Shown here one piece after another: positions 44,535 through 49,589 of a stretch of 49,589 bases of DNA. The stretch comes from an uncultured Candidatus Saccharibacteria bacterium. Its GTDB lineage: Bacteria > Patescibacteriota > Minisyncoccia > Phycocordibacterales > UBA9973. The notes beneath the pieces were generated by a model, which worked only from the letters and a program-made list of their open reading frames with translations, did no database searches and was not told the DNA's origin. The position numbers and the translations under genes are program-made. Position 1 is the stretch's first letter. Every line of letters starts with the position of its first letter. The stretch is from assembly GCA_964502615.1 (NCBI GenBank), contig CAZCXF010000005.1, positions 3,956 through 53,544 on the forward strand, given 5' to 3'.

Positions 44535-45089
44535 ATGGCTAAACAAGAATTAAGGGGAGAGAGAAATTGGTACGCGATACATACTTACGCAGGTTATGAA
44601 AATGCCGTCATGCGTAATTTGAAGCAGCGTATCGATTCACTAGGTATGAATGACAAGATTTTTAATGTCATCGTTCCAACAGAAAAGAAAATAAAAATAA
44701 AAGCAGGTAAACGTGTAGAAGTTGAAGAAAAAGTTTACCCAGGTTATGTACTTGTTGATATGATAGTAGATGACAACTCTTGGTATGTTGTTCGTAATAC
44801 TCCCCGTGTTACAGGATTCGTAGGTGCAGGAGTAAATCCAGTTCCATTAAACAAACAAGAAGTAAACGATCTCTTTGGTAGAATGGATAAAGCAGAAGGC
44901 GGTGGAAGTAAACACCAGATTGATGTTGAGATCGAAGAAATTGTCAGAATTGCTGATGGTCCATTTAAAGACCTTGAAGGCAAGGTAAATGATGTTGATC
45001 GTGAAAGAGGCAAGGTTAAAGTGTTGGTCTCAATGTTCGGTCGTGAGACACCAGTTGAACTTGATTTCTTGCAGATTAAGAAGTTATAA
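44535..45089 (+). CDS. nusG: Transcription termination/antitermination factor NusG
   Basis: NGN domain (WYAIHTYAGYENAV) and C-terminal KOW (GPFKDLEGKVNDVD...KVKVLVSMFGRETPVEL). Confidence 0.9.
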   Translation: MAKQELRGERNWYAIHTYAGYENAVMRNLKQRIDSLGMNDKIFNVIVPTEKKIKIKAGKRVEVEEKVYPGYVLVDMIVDDNSWYVVRNTPRVTGFVGAGVNPVPLNKQEVNDLFGRMDKAEGGGSKHQIDVEIEEIVRIADGPFKDLEGKVNDVDRERGKVKVLVSMFGRETPVELDFLQIKKL

Positions 45090-45155
45090 GTATAATAGAT
45101 GGGTCCGTGTTCGGCCTTGTGCCGTGCTTCTCACGAGATTAATCAAATAAAATAT

Positions 45156-45584
45156 ATGGCAGCTAAAAAAATAACAAAGAAAGTAAAATTACAAATACCA
45201 GCCGCAAAGGCAACACCAGCTCCTCCTCTTGGACCAGCGCTCGGTCAAGCTGGAGTAAACATTGCAGAGTTCTGTCAAAAGTTCAATGCGATGACACAAG
45301 CTATGGCAGGGGAAACTGTAGGATGTGTTATATCAGTATACGAAGATCGTACTTATGATATTCAAGTTAAAACTCCTCCAGTTGCAGGTCTAATATTCAA
45401 AGCAGCAGGAATTGAAAAAGGTTCTGGTAAGCCAAACACTTCAAAAGCAGGAAAGATTACCAAAGCTCAAGTTAAAGAAATTGCTATGAAGAAAATGCCT
45501 GACCTAAATGCTAAAGATATAGAAGGTGCAATGAAAATAGTAGAAGGAAGTGCACGTTCTGCAGGAATTACAGTTGTTGAATAA
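45156..45584 (+). CDS. rplK: 50S ribosomal protein L11
   Basis: [26 protein letters not shown]. Start at MAAKK, because the ORF-track start at 45099 adds a Cys-rich non-homologous leader. Confidence 0.9.
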   Translation: MAAKKITKKVKLQIPAAKATPAPPLGPALGQAGVNIAEFCQKFNAMTQAMAGETVGCVISVYEDRTYDIQVKTPPVAGLIFKAAGIEKGSGKPNTSKAGKITKAQVKEIAMKKMPDLNAKDIEGAMKIVEGSARSAGITVVE

Positions 45585-45596
45585 TTTACAAAGAAT

Positions 45597-45624
45597 ATCT
45601 CCCTACGCGGGGGATTTTCTTTTG
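45597..45624 (+). terminator. Intrinsic terminator after rplK
   Basis: ATCTCCC, loop TACGC, GGGGGAT, then TTTTCTTTT. Confidence 0.55.
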
Positions 45625-45629
45625 TATAT

Positions 45630-46634
45630 ATGAGTAAAAAACCTGAAAAAATTTTCTTAGAAAAAATAATTAGAAAAGTTGCCCCAAAAATCGGTGCGAG
45701 TGTTTTGTCTGAACCAAAGTGGGGAATAGTATTTCAAGTAACATTTAAAAACGGAAAACGTAAATATTCAAGATTTAATAGTGTTGACCTAAATCCCTTA
45801 GGCTCATCAGAAGTGGCTCGTGATAAAGACTATGCAAATTTCTTTATGAAAGGCATGGGTTATCCCACCATAGAAGGGAAAGCTTTTTGTTCACCAGTAT
45901 GGGCAAAAACTATAAAGTCAAAGGATGATATAAATGCGGCGTTTAAATATGCAAAGTCGCTTGGATTTCCAGTTATTGTAAAACCAAATAGTGGGAGTCA
46001 GGGTGTAGATGTTGCTTTGGTTTATAGCCGAGAAACTTTCTTTAAAGCTATGAATAAGATTTTCAAAAATGATCGCATGGCCCTAGTTCAAAGAAAAGTA
46101 ACAGGTAAAGATTACCGTATGGTGGTTTTAGATAATAAAATAATTTCTGCTTATGAAAGAATACCACTATCTGTAGTGGGGGATGGAAAGTTATCTATAA
46201 AGAAACTCCTAGAAAAAAAGAAAAAATATTTCAAAAAAATAAAAAGAGATATAAATATAGATGTAAGTGATCCTCGTATAAAATCAAAACTAAAATTTTT
46301 AGGTAAAAACATAAACTCAATTCCTAAAAAAGATGAAAAAGTTTTTCTTTTAGATAATGCGAACCTCTCCAGCGGAGGGGACTCAGTTGATGTTACAAAT
46401 AGTATTCATAAAGATTTTAAAAAAATTGCTACAAAGCTTACAAAGGATATGGGCCTTAGAATATGTGGAGTAGACCTTATGATAGATGGTGATATAGCCG
46501 ATAAACCCAAAAAATACTGGGTTATAGAAGTAAATTCTGCTCCAGGGCTTGATCACTATGTGACCACCGGCAAAGCTCAAGAGAAAATTGTCGAAGATAT
46601 GTACTTGGAAGTTCTAAAAAGTATGCAAAAATAA
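45630..46634 (+). CDS. ATP-grasp ligase of unknown substrate (CphA/GshF-C/RimK-like)
   Basis: ARDKDYANFFMKGMGYPTIEG, GFPVIVKPNSGSQGVDV, DYRMVVLDNK, NLSSGGD, WVIEVNSAPG. Confidence 0.75.
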   Translation: MSKKPEKIFLEKIIRKVAPKIGASVLSEPKWGIVFQVTFKNGKRKYSRFNSVDLNPLGSSEVARDKDYANFFMKGMGYPTIEGKAFCSPVWAKTIKSKDDINAAFKYAKSLGFPVIVKPNSGSQGVDVALVYSRETFFKAMNKIFKNDRMALVQRKVTGKDYRMVVLDNKIISAYERIPLSVVGDGKLSIKKLLEKKKKYFKKIKRDINIDVSDPRIKSKLKFLGKNINSIPKKDEKVFLLDNANLSSGGDSVDVTNSIHKDFKKIATKLTKDMGLRICGVDLMIDGDIADKPKKYWVIEVNSAPGLDHYVTTGKAQEKIVEDMYLEVLKSMQK

Positions 46635-46651
46635 ACCCGCTTTGCGGGTTT
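46633..46651. terminator. Bidirectional hairpin between the convergent ATP-grasp gene and efp
   Basis: AAACCCGC, loop TTT, GCGGGTTT. Confidence 0.6.
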
Positions 46652-46659
46652 ATTTAATC

Positions 46660-47235
46660 TTAAGAAACTCTTTCAACATATTCTCCGGTTTCAGTATTTA
46701 CTCGTATAGTATCTCCAACTTCTACGAAAAATGGGACACTTAGTTTTATACCACCTTCGAGGGTCACAATTTTTCCTCCACCGTTGGCAGTGTTGCCTTT
46801 GATAGATGGGGGAGCTTCTTTGACTACGAACTCCATTTTTACTGGGACTTTTACACTAATGATTTGCTCCTCGCCGTCATTGTCCCAGACCAGCGCAGTT
46901 GCATTTTCATTTGCTTTTAAATATTTTGCAGAATCACCCAGAACCTTTTCATCTAGTTTAAATCTATCTTTTGGATTCTCTGGATCTGAGAACCAGTATT
47001 CACCTTTATTTGTATAAAGAAATTTTACATCTTTTTTGTTTATTTCTGCCTCATCTGCTTTATCAGAAGCATGGAAAACTGTGTTCCAAGTACGACCAGA
47101 GAGCAAACTCTTTAGTTTGACTTGGTTTTGAGGTTTACGTTGCTGAGTACGTGCAACATGAGCTTCCATTACCTCGCATGGCTCATCTTCGAATATAATA
47201 ATTTTTCTTTCTCTTATTTCGCTGTATTCTAACAT
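46660..47235 (-). CDS. efp: Elongation factor P with a non-canonical beta3-beta4 loop
   Basis: Three-domain EF-P pattern over 191 aa: ...VKLKSLLSGR..., GGGKIVTLEGGIKLSVPFFVEVGDTIRVNTETGEYVERV. Confidence 0.85.
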   Translation of the reverse strand: MLEYSEIRERKIIIFEDEPCEVMEAHVARTQQRKPQNQVKLKSLLSGRTWNTVFHASDKADEAEINKKDVKFLYTNKGEYWFSDPENPKDRFKLDEKVLGDSAKYLKANENATALVWDNDGEEQIISVKVPVKMEFVVKEAPPSIKGNTANGGGKIVTLEGGIKLSVPFFVEVGDTIRVNTETGEYVERVS

Positions 47236-47326
47236 TTTGCTATTCTAGCTTATTAAATAGGCTTTTTCAAGCCATTGACAATCTGAAAAAAAGTTATAGA
47301 ATGAGCGTAAATCAAAAACTACCACC

Positions 47327-47713
47327 ATGAAAGGGATTAATAAATTAATAGTATTGATACTTCTGACAATATTGTCTGTAATCTATATCTACAAAGAAAT
47401 TACTGGGGTAAATGTTCCGTATCTTTTTTTAGGAACACTATTGATTGGTTTTTATGTAATTTGTTTCATAACATATTTATATTCAAACCTAAACAATGTA
47501 AAGCCAGTTCCTAAATTAGAAAGAGAAGATTTGCCTTGGGCTGTGTTGTCAGTTTATACGATATCTTTCCTCGTTTCTTTTCAAGGATTCCGATTGAATA
47601 ATTTTACAATTCCTGGTTCCTTTGGATGTGCTTTGCTAACTGCAGTACTAGGCATAGCACTATGTATGTTTGCATGTTCACAAAGTGAGAAATGGAAAAG
47701 AAAAGGATATTAA
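47327..47713 (+). CDS. Small 4-TM membrane protein (128 aa), hypothetical
   Basis: Four hydrophobic segments and a basic C-terminal tail, KWKRKGY. Confidence 0.5.
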   Translation: MKGINKLIVLILLTILSVIYIYKEITGVNVPYLFLGTLLIGFYVICFITYLYSNLNNVKPVPKLEREDLPWAVLSVYTISFLVSFQGFRLNNFTIPGSFGCALLTAVLGIALCMFACSQSEKWKRKGY

Positions 47714-47737
47714 TTAACTCTTTTAAAACTATTTTCT

Positions 47738-48085
47738 ATGAACTTGAAAGCAAACTTATTTATTTTGGTCTTTATGACCACTGTATGCTTGCTCCTTTCT
47801 GTAATGGAAGGGAAGGGATTAGTATTTGTATTACTTAGTTTTGCAGTAGCAAGGCTATCAATGTATTACCAAATGCATTACTCTGAATGGTTGGATTCAA
47901 CAATTCTAATTGTAATCTCGTACGCCAACATCTCACTCGCATGCTTTGTGTTTGTGAAGGTGGTGACCGATTCAATTTTTGGTATAACTCCATATTCATT
48001 GATTCCAGCTACAATAGCTTTGATCTATGGATTAAGTTATCCAATTTTTTCCCTTACGATTGGTCGTGCATATCGTAGCAAATGA
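47738..48085 (+). CDS. Small 4-TM membrane protein (115 aa), hypothetical
   Basis: Four hydrophobic segments and a basic C-terminal tail, GRAYRSK. Confidence 0.5.
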   Translation: MNLKANLFILVFMTTVCLLLSVMEGKGLVFVLLSFAVARLSMYYQMHYSEWLDSTILIVISYANISLACFVFVKVVTDSIFGITPYSLIPATIALIYGLSYPIFSLTIGRAYRSK

Positions 48086-48109
48086 ATTTACCTTTTTATG
48101 AAAAAGGGG

Positions 48110-48134
48110 ACGTGCCGGAAGGTGCGTTTTTTTA
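48110..48134 (+). terminator. Intrinsic terminator
   Basis: ACGTGCC, loop GGAA, GGTGCGT, then TTTTTTT. Preceded by a second hairpin, CCTTTTT-atg-AAAAAGG. Confidence 0.6.
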
Positions 48135-48162
48135 TTGACAATTAACAAAAAAAGTAGATAAT
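48135..48162 (+). promoter_or_regulatory. Candidate promoter
   Basis: TTGACA, 16 nt spacer, GATAAT. Confidence 0.35.
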
Positions 48163-48217
48163 AAATTCCAATTTACATTGATCATCAAATATTTGTCTCA
48201 CTATAAAAAAACCCACC

Positions 48218-48595
48218 ATGACACGAATTTTTATTGTGCTACTTAGCATGCTGATTACCGTACTGTACTTCCTACTGTATGGGCACGACAACACACTAAG
48301 CCTCCCGCTTCTCCATTCAAAGCTTGAATGGACTATTCCTGGATGGTCAATTAAAGTAGCCATCTGGATCACAGCCATCGGCTGGCTGGTTTTGATCATG
48401 CAGAAATTCGCAGAAGTTCAAGGTACCATCTGGGCTGTGATAACAGTTCTGGCTGGAGCCTTCTCCACATGGTTTGCATGGTCTATAGTATGGGGTTCCA
48501 TTGAGTGCCCCATTACTAAATTTCTTGCAATCCTATCCTGCGCAATCTGTTCCTTTGGAATTTCCCTTTCCTTAGGATACAGAAGGATAAAATAA
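48218..48595 (+). CDS. Small 4-TM membrane protein (125 aa), hypothetical
   Basis: Four hydrophobic Trp-rich segments and a basic tail, GYRRIK. More G+C-rich than its neighbours. Confidence 0.5.
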   Translation: MTRIFIVLLSMLITVLYFLLYGHDNTLSLPLLHSKLEWTIPGWSIKVAIWITAIGWLVLIMQKFAEVQGTIWAVITVLAGAFSTWFAWSIVWGSIECPITKFLAILSCAICSFGISLSLGYRRIK

Positions 48596-48605
48596 TTAAC
48601 TGCTA

Positions 48606-48645
48606 AAAAGGGAATGCCACCTCGGTTGAGGTGGCATTTTTATTT
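48606..48645. terminator. Bidirectional terminator shared with recA
   Basis: ATGCCACCTC, loop GGTT, GAGGTGGCAT, with T-runs downstream on both strands. Confidence 0.65.
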
Positions 48646-48651
48646 GATATA

Positions 48652-49589
48652 TTATTCCGCTGCACTAGTTACTTGAATCTCGTCAAAGCGTCCACGGACT
48701 TCTTTTAGTATTTCTTCAGATAGTTTTTTATTGTCACGTAGGAATGTGCGAGCAGCATCGTATCCGCGTCCTAGTTTTACTTCCTCAACTGGTCCCTTCT
48801 CTCGAGCTTTTGCAGTACCTAAATATGTAAATACAGCACCGCTTGATTTGGAAATAATTCCAAGCTTTTCACCAAGAGCCATGATTTCACCTTCACGTGA
48901 AATTCCTTCGCCATACAAAATATCAAACTCTGTTTGTTTAAATGGTGCTGCTACTTTATTTTTCACAACCTTCACACGAGTGCGTGAACCCACAACTTCT
49001 TCTCCTTTTTTGATTTGAGCAATACGACGAATATCTAAACGGATAGATGTATAAAATTTAAGTGCTTTACCTCCTGGGGTAGTCTCGGGATTTCCAAACA
49101 TTATTCCTATCTGCATACGAATCTGATTTATAAATATAACTACAGTTTTTGATCTTGCAACTATAGCTGTAAGTTTGCGAAGTGCTTGAGACATAAGACG
49201 AGCCTGTTTACCAACATGAGATTGACCCATGTCTCCTTCGATTTCATCGCGAGGGGTGAGTGCTGCGACTGAGTCAACAACAATCACATCAATCTTTCCA
49301 GAACGAATAAGACTCTCTGTTATCTCAAGTGCTTGCTCTCCGTTGTCTGGCTGAGATATCAAAAGATCTTTTATATTTACTCCAAGCTTCTTTGTATATT
49401 CTGGATCCATAGCATGCTCTGCATCGATATAAGCACACACTCCACCTTTTCTTTGAGCTTCTGCAACTATATGAAGTGCAAGAGTAGTCTTACCAGAGCT
49501 TTCTGGTCCAAATATTTCAATCATACGTCCTCGAGGAACACCTCCAATACCAAGCGCCATATCAAGACCAATAGATCCAGTAGGGATGA
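48652..49589 (-). CDS. recA: Recombinase RecA (N-terminus outside the window)
   Basis: The frame continues open to the window edge ([21 protein letters not shown]). Walker [25 protein letters not shown]. Confidence 0.95.
   Translation of the reverse strand, partial: IPTGSIGLDMALGIGGVPRGRMIEIFGPESSGKTTLALHIVAEAQRKGGVCAYIDAEHAMDPEYTKKLGVNIKDLLISQPDNGEQALEITESLIRSGKIDVIVVDSVAALTPRDEIEGDMGQSHVGKQARLMSQALRKLTAIVARSKTVVIFINQIRMQIGIMFGNPETTPGGKALKFYTSIRLDIRRIAQIKKGEEVVGSRTRVKVVKNKVAAPFKQTEFDILYGEGISREGEIMALGEKLGIISKSSGAVFTYLGTAKAREKGPVEEVKLGRGYDAARTFLRDNKKLSEEILKEVRGRFDEIQVTSAAE

Noticed and set aside
45099-45155. N-terminal extension of rplK ([19 protein letters not shown])
   Set aside because: The L11 homology starts at MAAKKITKK. 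The extension covers the GC-rich leader, which is more likely RNA structure.
1-49589. Alternative genetic code (UGA as Gly, as in Gracilibacteria/SR1), CRISPR arrays, transposases/integrases, prophage or known defence-system genes, tRNA/rRNA genes
   Set aside because: TGA terminates well-delimited genes (tpiA at 26738-26740, paralog D at 18722-18724), and homologous proteins are full-length under the standard code. I saw no repeat-spacer array, no recombinase, transposase, restriction or toxin-antitoxin motifs, and no tRNA- or rRNA-like sequence in the intergenic regions.

Overview
AT-rich, gene-dense bacterial window using the standard code (TGA is used as a stop). The content looks like a Patescibacteria/CPR (Parcubacteria-like) genome: type IV pilus genes plus ComEC/RecJ/RecA, a few glycolytic genes, fragments of ribosomal operons, mostly Shine-Dalgarno-less starts, and no transposase, integrase, CRISPR array, tRNA or rRNA that I could see. 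About 50 CDS are supportable. Four things stand out. (1) A family of four ~565-595 aa cysteine-rich proteins with zinc-ribbons at both ends and unknown function: three sit in a tight head-to-tail array (4334-9519), and a fourth (16988-18724) starts 1 nt after cutA. (2) A cobalamin-dependency island lies between those copies. It holds a class II (B12) ribonucleotide reductase with an ATP-cone, an ECF-S-like membrane protein, a compact cobalamin riboswitch with a terminator, and two secreted or anchored proteins carrying transcobalamin-like modules (DUF4430 plus a prenyltransferase-like toroid). A VKOR-type thioredoxin paired with DsbB follows. (3) Two intergenic regions look like unclassified structured RNAs, each ending in an intrinsic terminator oriented against the adjacent CDS (about 31416-31727 on + and 33304-33518 on -). 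They flank a ComEC that is split into separate channel and MBL-nuclease genes. (4) Orphan genes are inserted into conserved ribosomal operons: an alpha-repeat ORF between rpsG and fusA, and an ATP-grasp ligase after rplK that is convergent with an EF-P lacking the canonical PGKG modification loop. All functional calls come from motif recognition by eye; no database search was run.
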